Positions 45,751 to 54,455 of a DNA stretch of 64,000 bases are shown here, piece by piece; within the stretch, counting starts at the first letter, position 1, and every line of letters begins with the position of its first letter. The notes beneath the pieces were generated by a model. That model was not told the origin of the DNA and searched no databases. It saw only the letters and a list, made by a program, of their open reading frames with translations. Source of the stretch: a virus (taxonomy: Duplodnaviria; Caudoviricetes); the IMG/VR virus record IMGVR_UViG_3300028832_000109, positions 32,001-96,000 of that record. One strand, given 5' to 3'. The position numbers and the translations under genes are program-made.

Positions 45751-46910
45751 CAGAACAAGACCTCCGCCTTGCGAGAATTGGCGTGATTCTCCTTGTATTT
45801 CTTGATTCCCTCGAATCGCTTTGCTGCAGCTGTCTTGCTCATGTTGCCATATTTCAGCGCGAACAGCACCGCTGACCCTTCCGGTTCGCGGACCCTGGCC
45901 TCGATTACGTCGCGGCGGACGAATCCGTCCTCGTCAAGCGGGAATTCCCCGGCCGTCACGGCAGCATTCACGTCCTTGCTGTGTATTCCTTCCCAGGTGA
46001 ACCACTTGAAGCCGAGCTTGCACGTCTTCTCCCTCGCTTCCCTGGCCTTATCATCGTTGTCCCATATGACTACCACGCGGTCCTTGTGCTGCATGATGTC
46101 CGGATTCTTCATAACAAGGCTGTCGAAATGCTCGATACCGCCTATCGCTATCGCGTTATGGACGAACAGCGAGTCAACTGTACCTTCAAGGACATAGAGG
46201 GGTTCATCAAAATTAACGAAGCCGATATTGTACGCCTCCCGGTGAACCCCGGCAAAGTTCAGGTACCTCAGAGGATTCCTCTTATCAATCGCTCGAGCGT
46301 CAAACTGGCTCCACCCGCCTCCAAACCGGTAAAACGGGATAATTAGACGGTTTTTGTACTTGTTCCCGGTTGGGCGCCCATTCGCGTCAAGAATGTAATT
46401 GCCGTTGGCATCGCGGTCGAGAAATTGGTCACCCTGAAGACATACGAACCAGTCGGAATATACTTCCTCTCGTATCATACGTTCTCGGCAATAGGCCAGT
46501 GCCGCCTCGGCGAGTGGATGATTCGCCGTTATCGGGATAATCTCCCCTTCCTTGAACGGCAATGTAGTGGGAACTTCGATTCTTGCGGTCGGCGCGTTCC
46601 GGACCTCCTTGGGTTGCTTGCCCTCGTTTGGGCCAAACGCCTGAAACATTAACTGATGGTACGCAGTCTCATCACGCTCCTTCAGCCATTTTGCATAAGG
46701 AATTTTGGGCGTACACTTGTAACATACATATAACCAGGTGTCGGTATATATGTATGCCTTCTTCTTGTTTGGCTGGTCCGGGCTGCCGCATTGCGGACAT
46801 ACGAAGTTATAGAACCTAGGGTTCGTGTCGTCTAAATTATAGCTCCCCAGCTGTTCCCTAATTGACGTATCGTACACCGAGGCCGGTATGTCATCAAAAC
46901 TAAATGCCAT
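45750..46910 (-). CDS. DNA primase (gp61-like)
   Basis: YNFVCPQCG...YVCYKC zinc finger, RLIIPF, ARAI, YVLEGTVDSLF, IWDND, KDVN. Confidence 0.92.
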   Translation of the reverse strand: MAFSFDDIPASVYDTSIREQLGSYNLDDTNPRFYNFVCPQCGSPDQPNKKKAYIYTDTWLYVCYKCTPKIPYAKWLKERDETAYHQLMFQAFGPNEGKQPKEVRNAPTARIEVPTTLPFKEGEIIPITANHPLAEAALAYCRERMIREEVYSDWFVCLQGDQFLDRDANGNYILDANGRPTGNKYKNRLIIPFYRFGGGWSQFDARAIDKRNPLRYLNFAGVHREAYNIGFVNFDEPLYVLEGTVDSLFVHNAIAIGGIEHFDSLVMKNPDIMQHKDRVVVIWDNDDKAREAREKTCKLGFKWFTWEGIHSKDVNAAVTAGEFPLDEDGFVRRDVIEARVREPEGSAVLFALKYGNMSKTAAAKRFEGIKKYKENHANSRKAEVLF

Positions 46911-46915
46911 GCTTT

Positions 46916-46957
46916 AAATATAGCAACTGCGGGTCGACTGGTAGCCGGCCCGCAGTT
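46916..46957 (-). terminator. SSB terminator hairpin (46925-46957) abutting primase promoter TTGCTATATTT (46916-46926)
   Basis: AACTGCGGGCCGGCT-acc-AGTCGACCCGCAGTT then GCTATATTT. Confidence 0.6.
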
Positions 46958-46972
46958 ATTTTCCGATGTCAA

Positions 46973-48652
46973 TTAGAACGGGAGGTCGTCGTCGCTATCG
47001 GTCTCGACAATCGGACCATTCGGGTCCACTGCCGGAGCCCCGTTGTGCGTGAACTGCACAGGGTTGGACAGTGGTGGCGCACTTTGCGGTACGTATCCCG
47101 TGGACGCCGGCTGACCCATCGGCGCAGCGGGTGCTGCTGGCGAAGGTGTGGCAGGGGCAACGCCCATCCCGAAGTTGGGCATAGCTGCGGGCTGTGCGGT
47201 AGGCATGGCTGCTGGCTGTGCGGTAGGCATGGCTGCGGGCTGTGCGGAAGGCATAGCGGCGGGCATAGCTCCAGGCATTCCAAACCCTGCACCAGGAACG
47301 GCATTCTGTGCGGAGATACCGGCAGCGAAACCTGGGGTTGCAGGAGCCTGAGCCGGGGTGGCAGGTGCAGACGGAATGCCGACATTCATCGCATTCGGTG
47401 TCTGGGCATATGCCGTGGTCACCGGGGCAGCGGATTCAGGAATCGGATTGGGCATAGCGCAATTCGGGATTGCTGCTTCCGCCTGACCCATAAACGCAGC
47501 GGGATTGCTATTAGTAACAATCTTTGCGTTTGCCGGAACACTCGGGATGCTGTTTTGCGGCATGGCGGCACCACCGGTGGGGAACGGCTGCGAAGCGAAT
47601 GACGGAGACAGCGGAGAGACCTGAGCCGGCTGACCAAACTGTGGCTGCTGTCCGAACTGGGGCTGCTGGCCATACTGTGGCTGCTGGCCGAACTGCTGCT
47701 GGCCGTACTGCTGCCGACCGTATCCACCTTTAGCGGCCATCTTCTGCTGAGCGAGCTTGTTGGCTTCCTGCCAGAATTCGGCAAGGTCCTGGATAGCCTG
47801 GTCAGGTGTCGGGATGTCGTCGAAAACGAACCTCAAGTCATGGCACTGGTCAAGAAGAGCCATGATAGCATTCTCATCCGCGGCAATACCGATTGGTGCA
47901 CCAGTATTCGGGTCGGTCACCTGCTTGAATGCAAGCGGGTACGACTTTTCAACGAACTTGCTGCCCTTGTATGTCGGAGCGCCCTGGCGGCCGTCGCCGT
48001 AAGTCTTGGTGGCATCCCATGCGCCAACAAGGAAGTAATCCTTTCCGTTCACGGGGTCATACGGGATGAATGCGTCGCCAGTATCAACATTGATTGTTCC
48101 CTGCTGCTGAGGCTGCTGGGCCTGCTTCTGCTTTTCCATATAATTGTCGACAGGGGTCTGGAACTGCTCGTGCTGGTACTTGGAATGGGCCCAAACCTTC
48201 ACCTGGTTATTGAGTTCGGGGTGGTTTTCGTCCTGACGAATGAGGAAGTTCCCGTACCATTCTTCTTCTGCAAGCTGGCGGAGGAATTTCTTGAGCTCCT
48301 CCTTACTGGCTCCCCGCTCCTTTGCAGCATTGTATCGAGCCCATACATCCTCGCAGTAAGGGCATGAGATAACACCGGGGATATTCTTGCAGCATTTCTT
48401 AACAAGCATCTTCCCGGAACCCAGGTCCTTGATGCGGTGCACCAAGACGGAGGTGTAGGGGTAGGCCCTCATGTCGTGGCCAAGAGGCATTGGACGGAGA
48501 AGGGCCTTGTATGAGGGATTGTTCTTTGTTACTCTTGCACGGTAGATTCGCGGGTCTTCTGCTACGCCGCCTTGGGGTGAGACCGTCGGCATTGCTGCCG
48601 GCATCTGCACTGTGAGCATACCCATGTTGGGTACCTGAGTATTCTGTTCCAT
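46973..48652 (-). CDS. Single-stranded DNA-binding protein (gp32-like) with long low-complexity tail ending DDDLPF
   Basis: LLRPMP, H..K, C...CPYCE, WYGNFLIRQD..HPELN..VKVW, PYDPVNG.D, PTY..SKF. Confidence 0.85.
   Translation of the reverse strand: MEQNTQVPNMGMLTVQMPAAMPTVSPQGGVAEDPRIYRARVTKNNPSYKALLRPMPLGHDMRAYPYTSVLVHRIKDLGSGKMLVKKCCKNIPGVISCPYCEDVWARYNAAKERGASKEELKKFLRQLAEEEWYGNFLIRQDENHPELNNQVKVWAHSKYQHEQFQTPVDNYMEKQKQAQQPQQQGTINVDTGDAFIPYDPVNGKDYFLVGAWDATKTYGDGRQGAPTYKGSKFVEKSYPLAFKQVTDPNTGAPIGIAADENAIMALLDQCHDLRFVFDDIPTPDQAIQDLAEFWQEANKLAQQKMAAKGGYGRQQYGQQQFGQQPQYGQQPQFGQQPQFGQPAQVSPLSPSFASQPFPTGGAAMPQNSIPSVPANAKIVTNSNPAAFMGQAEAAIPNCAMPNPIPESAAPVTTAYAQTPNAMNVGIPSAPATPAQAPATPGFAAGISAQNAVPGAGFGMPGAMPAAMPSAQPAAMPTAQPAAMPTAQPAAMPNFGMGVAPATPSPAAPAAPMGQPASTGYVPQSAPPLSNPVQFTHNGAPAVDPNGPIVETDSDDDLPF
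47178..47716 (-). repeat. Intragenic SSB repeats: 24-bp (AAMPTAQP) x3 at 47178-47249 and 15-18-bp (QQPQFG) units at ~47630-47716
   Basis: Directly visible in DNA and protein. Confidence 0.85.
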
Positions 48653-48728
48653 AGGAGATTTCCTTATAATGTGTCCGGTTTAACTTGCCGGCATTAATAA
48701 ATATAGTAAAATCCAAAGACAAAAAGTG

Positions 48729-49424
48729 TCATCCGGATGATTTTTCTTCGCTCGGGGTATCTTTTTTCGCCTTCAGGTGCGGAATAGCGAGTTTCGGACC
48801 CAGGTCGTGCCCGAGCAATTTCATCTGTTCCGCCTTTTCCAGGGACGCCTCAACAAGCTGTTCGAAGTCATCGGGCACGGTATATTCCTCACCAAAGTCC
48901 GACATGGCCTTCTCCAGCTCGGCCGCACACTCGCTAAGGATGTCCTCGAACTTCCAGTCAATGCACTTGGCAACCGTATTGTCGATGGTGCACGCCTCGA
49001 CGAACCGCTTGGAAATCTCGTCGTGGCTAAGCGCCTCCTCGGTAACGTTCGGGTTGTACTCGTCATCCACGTGCATGACGCCCTCGTGTTTCTCGTCCTT
49101 GACCGTGAGAATCTTCTTCGCTTCGGTATCGGCCATGTATTCGGCGCCGGTGACTTCCTCGGTCTCGCGCTCGAACTCGGGCGCACGCATCATGTAGTCC
49201 TTCCCGAGGAACTCGTTCTTTCGCGCCTTGCGCAGGTCGACCAGCCATTTCTGGCAGGCTTCGGTTTTGACGAGCTGCCCGTGGGATGACTTTTCCAGGT
49301 CGGCATTGACGATGAGCGCCGACGTACGCGCGATTTCCTTCTCGCGCGGTGCGAACTTCTTGTCGAATTCCTCGTTTTCTTCCTGGACACGCTTTCCATA
49401 TCTCGGGAATTTAAACTCAGCCAT
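48729..49424 (-). CDS. Hypothetical acidic protein
   Basis: 231 aa, overlapping upstream ORF. Confidence 0.7.
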   Translation of the reverse strand: MAEFKFPRYGKRVQEENEEFDKKFAPREKEIARTSALIVNADLEKSSHGQLVKTEACQKWLVDLRKARKNEFLGKDYMMRAPEFERETEEVTGAEYMADTEAKKILTVKDEKHEGVMHVDDEYNPNVTEEALSHDEISKRFVEACTIDNTVAKCIDWKFEDILSECAAELEKAMSDFGEEYTVPDDFEQLVEASLEKAEQMKLLGHDLGPKLAIPHLKAKKDTPSEEKSSG

Positions 49425-50115
49425 TGTTGCTCATCTCCTGCATGATTTCGTCGATTTGGTCCATATCGATGTCGATGTTGGACAGGTCCGGCTCGATTGA
49501 CGGCACATCCTCTACCACACGGCGTACTTTCCCCTCGCCAAGGCACAGACGGCACGGTTTCCCGTTCACTTCGCCGGTACCGCCGCATTCGGGACACTCC
49601 ACTATGTCCGGTTGTTCCTCGAGCCGCTTCTCCCCTACCTTGACGGGATGCTTGGCCACGTAATCTAGTTCGCTGTCGGTAATCTTGATATTCTTTTCCG
49701 CCGCCATCTTCTGCTTGATGTCGTTCTCGAGGATGAGGGTGAACTTGTTCGCATCTACATGGGGGGCCAGTGCTAGCACAATGTCAACCATGCCGAAGCC
49801 CGGAACTTTCGTGGAATCTTCCATTATCCTCTCCGGGCGAGCATACTTGTTGTAGACCTGCCAGATGGCCAGGTTCACCTTGTCCTTCGCTTTCTTGAGA
49901 TAGGAATCCGGCATCTTCAGCGTGATACAGATATCTCCAGGGAACCTCGACGTCTGAAGGAAAGCATTAATTTCCCCCACTATATCGTCTACCCCGAACT
50001 TCCTCTGCGCTTCCGAGCCGCTGGGCCCCATCTCGTCGCCACGATTGATGCCGTCAGTCTCTTGCGGGTCCCCGCTCAGACCGTCGTTGTCAGCATATTC
50101 TTCACCGTACCTCAT
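49417..50115 (-). CDS. Possible gp33-like late-transcription co-activator with CxxCxGxG zinc finger
   Basis: MVDIVLAL.....KF..IL...IKQKMAAE resembles gp33 core; CPECGGTG...CRLCLGEG; near gp32. Confidence 0.4.
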   Translation of the reverse strand: MRYGEEYADNDGLSGDPQETDGINRGDEMGPSGSEAQRKFGVDDIVGEINAFLQTSRFPGDICITLKMPDSYLKKAKDKVNLAIWQVYNKYARPERIMEDSTKVPGFGMVDIVLALAPHVDANKFTLILENDIKQKMAAEKNIKITDSELDYVAKHPVKVGEKRLEEQPDIVECPECGGTGEVNGKPCRLCLGEGKVRRVVEDVPSIEPDLSNIDIDMDQIDEIMQEMSNNG

Positions 50116-50150
50116 GTATATTCCGCCATAGGTGTATTCCGGTGTTGAAA

Positions 50151-50897
50151 CTATGCTTTTTTCTTTCTCACCGGTTTCTTGCGGCGGGCCAATGCTTCCA
50201 GGTCGATGGGCCAGTCATCGCGATGCACCACCTTGTAGTCGGCCAGGGCCTTTGTGCGGGAATCCGAGCGGAACAGAAGCAGTGCACGGGTGTCTTCCGG
50301 GATACTGTCGGGCCCAAGGAGTTCCAGCTTGATATGGTTACGGAGAATCTCGCACATCCAGAAGGCATCGCAAAGGTCGGCGTGAGGACTCTCGTACTGC
50401 TTAGGGAATTGCTCGAACTCAGGAAAATAGAACTGGGGATACAGCGCCTTGACTGCCTCGCACATGGCCGGTTTACCGGCATTACCGTTCCCCGTGGCGA
50501 AATGCTTAATCTGGGTAATCCCGTATGTGATTATCCCCTTCCCCTTTAGATAGAAGTGCCTGCGGTATATCCCACAATACTCCCCTATTTGGAAAATCGC
50601 ATTACTGTTACCCTTGTTGGCTTCCTCGTATGCATAATCCTCGAAAGCGATATACTTCACGTCATCCATGTCGCGGTCGAGAATGGCGAGTGCCCGTTCC
50701 TGCCTAACCAGGTGAGGAATCTTGTCGTAATCCGTGCCGATACACATGATGTGTACGTGGTCGGTTTCCAAGATAGCGTTCAGATGCGCCTGGAAACCGT
50801 AATAGTGGATGTCCTTGATGTCGAAGGTCTTGTCGTCGAGGTCCATTATGACCTTTCCGGTAGAGTCCATCGACGGGTCTATGCCTGCTATCTTCAT
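50151..50897 (-). CDS. RuvC-like Holliday junction resolvase
   Basis: IAGIDPS..STG, IAFEDY, IKHFATGNGNA.K, DLCDAF. Confidence 0.85.
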   Translation of the reverse strand: MKIAGIDPSMDSTGKVIMDLDDKTFDIKDIHYYGFQAHLNAILETDHVHIMCIGTDYDKIPHLVRQERALAILDRDMDDVKYIAFEDYAYEEANKGNSNAIFQIGEYCGIYRRHFYLKGKGIITYGITQIKHFATGNGNAGKPAMCEAVKALYPQFYFPEFEQFPKQYESPHADLCDAFWMCEILRNHIKLELLGPDSIPEDTRALLLFRSDSRTKALADYKVVHRDDWPIDLEALARRKKPVRKKKA

Positions 50898-50911
50898 GCG
50901 TTAAACCTACA

Positions 50912-52621
50912 TCAGATATAGTCCGACACGGTATCGTGCACGGTCGTTTCCGCGGTATTCGATACCTCAACTCCAAGCTTGCTTACTCCGCCGGGAATGC
51001 TGGCGTTCTCCTGCTTGGAAATGGCGCGTTTCGGTCCCTGTTTCTGCCCTCGTTGTGGAGAATTGATTTGCGGTTCGACCTCGGCCATAGCCGTATTGTA
51101 TGCGTTGACCTCGTCGGCCGTCGGGCTGAACCACCGCATCTTTCGGAAATCGCACCGGGTAAGGAACATGACTAGAGCCTGTCCGAGACGGGATTTCAGG
51201 ATGTAATGGCAGAACATGCCCATTGAGCGGAGTACGTCGTTCGCCGCGATGGAAATCATGAGGTCCGCCGTTTCGGCATACCCCGAGGAACCCTCGACCG
51301 ACTCTATACCAGCTTCCACGTTGTGGTAGCCGCTCCTGTTGAACTGCACGGCAGACACGCAGGCAAAGTTGCGCTCTATTGCAATGTCCCTCAACTGCTC
51401 GGCCTTCATCACGCCGTCGTTGTACATGCTGCTCTCGGTAAGCCGACCGCGGCTGGCCGGCTTCATGATTCCGATATAGTCGACGACCAGGAGGTCGAGC
51501 TTTCCATGGGCGAGTTCGAATGAATCTATCACCGCCTCGATTTCCACCGGGGTGGTCGTGGTCTTCATGTAGCGAACGTGCAGCTGGCCCGGCTTGGCGC
51601 CGACCGTTCCTGTGGCAGCGGCCGCTGCATCGATGCGTTCGCGTATTACGTCACCGGTAAGGTTGACGACATCATACATATCAACGCCGCATATGTTGGC
51701 CGCGAGACGCTGCCATACGTAATCTTCTGCAAGTTCCAGTGTAATGTAAAGTACGTTGAACCCGCTCTTGTATGCAAAGGCCGCCTCGCTACATAGAGTA
51801 AGCGACTTACCGATGTTTGGCTGACCGACGAAGAGGGTCAGCGTCTTGCGGTAATAACCGCCACCGGCCATCATCCCGTTCTGGTCCGGTCTACCTGTAT
51901 AGTAACGTATTTCGTTGATGCCAGACGGTATGCACTGCTTCTGCTCGCGGAGCTTCGCCAGCGCCAGTTCGGCATCGCTGTACATGTTCAGGCCGAGGTC
52001 AGTATGCAAACTGAAATTAACGGAAGCCTGCAAACGAGGAATAAGGTCTCGTATGCCGTCCACTCGCTTGTCGTGGATGGACTCCGCCGCACTTACGAGA
52101 ACTTCCTCGGAAAGACGCTCCTTGAAGAACGATTCCACCATCAGGACAACGTAGTCCTGGTGCATCGTCTGAATCGGGGTGTTGTATATGAAAATCAGCT
52201 TGTCGCGGGCCTGCAACGCGTATTCGTTGGCGCCCATCCCGGTAATCAGCTCCTGTGCAGTGGGAATCCGGTCATGTTTCTTCTCGAACATGCGCACGAT
52301 TTCCACGATTGTCCTGTTTATCGGGTCCCGGAACAGTTCCGGGCGCAGCGTATCCCTCAGCTTCGGCCCAACGGCGGCATCCTGGAAGAATACCCGTATT
52401 ACCAGGTCTTCCTGAGTGAGTGCATACACCTGCTGAGGAGGCTGCAAGTAACCGGGCTGCTGCCCGTTCAACTGAGCCTGCACTACCTGATTGGCTGCCT
52501 GCACAGCGGCCAACTGGGTATTCATCGCAGGATATATCGCCTGCTGTTGTACCATAGGCGCATACGCACCCTGCATAGTTGGTTGTGGCTGCGCATACGA
52601 CGGGTTAGCTAATTGTTCCAT
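50912..52621 (-). CDS. Replicative helicase (gp41/DnaB-like)
   Basis: GQPNIGKS, YITLELAE, VVDYIGIM, SAVQFNRSG, ETAD, KSR.G. Confidence 0.95.
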   Translation of the reverse strand: MEQLANPSYAQPQPTMQGAYAPMVQQQAIYPAMNTQLAAVQAANQVVQAQLNGQQPGYLQPPQQVYALTQEDLVIRVFFQDAAVGPKLRDTLRPELFRDPINRTIVEIVRMFEKKHDRIPTAQELITGMGANEYALQARDKLIFIYNTPIQTMHQDYVVLMVESFFKERLSEEVLVSAAESIHDKRVDGIRDLIPRLQASVNFSLHTDLGLNMYSDAELALAKLREQKQCIPSGINEIRYYTGRPDQNGMMAGGGYYRKTLTLFVGQPNIGKSLTLCSEAAFAYKSGFNVLYITLELAEDYVWQRLAANICGVDMYDVVNLTGDVIRERIDAAAAATGTVGAKPGQLHVRYMKTTTTPVEIEAVIDSFELAHGKLDLLVVDYIGIMKPASRGRLTESSMYNDGVMKAEQLRDIAIERNFACVSAVQFNRSGYHNVEAGIESVEGSSGYAETADLMISIAANDVLRSMGMFCHYILKSRLGQALVMFLTRCDFRKMRWFSPTADEVNAYNTAMAEVEPQINSPQRGQKQGPKRAISKQENASIPGGVSKLGVEVSNTAETTVHDTVSDYI

Positions 52622-52651
52622 AGGTCCACAAGTCCGTCAGTTATCTGTCGT

Positions 52652-52662
52652 AAATATAGCAA
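52652..52662 (-). promoter_or_regulatory. TTGCTATATTT promoter of helicase
   Basis: Upstream of ATG 52621. Confidence 0.65.
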
Positions 52663-52710
52663 AGGCGAGAACCTCGATTCTCGCCTTTTTTAATGTTTTT
52701 GAGCAAGAAA

Positions 52711-54066
52711 TTACTGGGCGCCTTCGCTGTCCAGTTCCTTCTCCGCATCGAGCCCGAGGGCCTCGGCCTGTTGGATTGCCTTCTGCAGAAGAGCACCATT
52801 TGTGGCAGCATCGGCCATGTCCAGCATCTTCTCGTCGACATCCGCCAATTCCATTTCGGTTTCGTTCTCGGTTTGGTCGTCCCCGAATATGCCGAGCTTC
52901 TGGTTCTTGTACTTCTCCTTGACATAGTCGTTGATTGGGTCAAGAATAGAACCGATGTAGCGGGCAGTGTGCAACTGAGGTTCCGGCGCGACGAGCCATT
53001 CGCTCTCGGGTTTCCTCGGGTCACGGATGACCCACTTGTTGCCTCGGAACGGAACGCCGTCTACCTTTGGGATTTCAAGGTTAGGCCAGTCGGTCTTATT
53101 GGTGTACGGAACGATAAGTCCGGCTTCCTGTGCCCAAACGTGCAAGCCGTAGTATCGGCTGAGCCCGTTCTTGTAACTGAGATACAAACGGGTCCCGAAA
53201 CCTTCGTGAACCATGCGGTTCTTGATGTTCCCGACCTGGATGAATATGCCCTTGACTTCCTTCTTCTTCGCTTCGCCCTCGCCGGTCGCCTTGTCCGCTC
53301 GGTCGAGATACTTGTACACGGAGAGAATGACTGACGCGGAATACTTCGCGCCTTCGCCGCCAGCCACCTTCTTCGGGTCGGTACGAGTCCTGGCGGCATT
53401 CGGGTCGATATACATGTGGTTCGTGACATACATCGGAACACCGAGTTCGCCAAGGCGGAACGTAATATCCCTGTACATGGCGGCCAATTTCTTGGCCTTG
53501 GTAAGGTCGACCTTGTCTTCACCGGATAGAACGTCGTTGATGGCCTTCTCGGTGCTGAGCATACCCTGGGAATCCAGAACAATGGCGAGCTTGTTCGGGT
53601 TAATCAGCGTCTTGTGCTCAGTCATGTAATTTTCCATCTGATGCAAGATGGTCGAAATACCGCCATGGCAGCGTTCAACCGTATGGAAATGAAGAACCTT
53701 GAACTGCTGAGGGGGGAACCCGGCATAATTGATGAGGTCCTCGCGGGTGGTTTCGTTCTCGGTGTCAATGTAGAACACGAAATACTGGTCGGCGAACAAA
53801 GCGGGGCAGAAATTGTATTTCCCAATGAGGGACTTGCCCGAACCGTAAAGGCCGGCGGCCTGTACCACCTTGTTCTTCGGGAATCCGCCGTAGCAATCCC
53901 CGCAAATTATCGCGTTCAACGCATAGCACCCGGAGTCGGCAAATCCGTATGTCGGGCGTTCAACCCCGGCGTCGACGTAAGGGTCGGTTGTTGTAATGTT
54001 ATCCCAGAACCCCCATGGGTTCTGAAGGGTCGCGGCCGTAACGTCGGCCTTCTTCCTTGCAGCCAT
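52711..54066 (-). CDS. uvsX: RecA-like recombinase UvsX
   Basis: DSG.YALN.I..G...GG.P, GLYGSGKS, YIDTE, VLDS.G.L, TNH.Y, GG.G..YSAS, KNR. Confidence 0.93.
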   Translation of the reverse strand: MAARKKADVTAATLQNPWGFWDNITTTDPYVDAGVERPTYGFADSGCYALNAIICGDCYGGFPKNKVVQAAGLYGSGKSLIGKYNFCPALFADQYFVFYIDTENETTREDLINYAGFPPQQFKVLHFHTVERCHGGISTILHQMENYMTEHKTLINPNKLAIVLDSQGMLSTEKAINDVLSGEDKVDLTKAKKLAAMYRDITFRLGELGVPMYVTNHMYIDPNAARTRTDPKKVAGGEGAKYSASVILSVYKYLDRADKATGEGEAKKKEVKGIFIQVGNIKNRMVHEGFGTRLYLSYKNGLSRYYGLHVWAQEAGLIVPYTNKTDWPNLEIPKVDGVPFRGNKWVIRDPRKPESEWLVAPEPQLHTARYIGSILDPINDYVKEKYKNQKLGIFGDDQTENETEMELADVDEKMLDMADAATNGALLQKAIQQAEALGLDAEKELDSEGAQ

Positions 54067-54099
54067 ATGTCCTCTTTATCCAAAAAACCCTGATGGACG

Positions 54100-54378
54100 C
54101 TAGTCCTTCAGGATACTGTAACAGTGAAACACTCGTTTCTTGCGAGCATCCTTGAACGTTGAATGCTCGATTTTGCGGCCGGCATCTTTAAGTGCCCTAT
54201 ACAGGCGTGCTGCCGGATTATCGCTTTTTGATGAGCGTGTGTCCAGGTTGCATGCTGAGATGAACCCGAAATCGGCGTCACCTAGGTAAACGCCTTGCCG
54301 TTTGAGCTCGCCTGTACTCAGGCCACTAAAACGGCTGATGCCATAGGCATCCCGATAAATTAAGATTGCTTCTTCCAT
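54100..54378 (-). CDS. Small hypothetical (early) protein
   Basis: 92 aa, directly behind -35/-10 promoter. Confidence 0.6.
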   Translation of the reverse strand: MEEAILIYRDAYGISRFSGLSTGELKRQGVYLGDADFGFISACNLDTRSSKSDNPAARLYRALKDAGRKIEHSTFKDARKKRVFHCYSILKD

Positions 54379-54390
54379 AGTCCATTAATC

Positions 54391-54419
54391 AATATAATCA
54401 TCAAAAAATAAAAAAGCAA
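54391..54419 (-). promoter_or_regulatory. Sigma70-type (early) promoter TTGCTT-17-TATATT
   Basis: TTGCTT (54419-54414), 17 nt, TATATT (54396-54391), AT-rich upstream. Confidence 0.7.
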
Positions 54420-54455
54420 GCACATCGAACCGAAAAAAATGAAGAAAAATCATTT

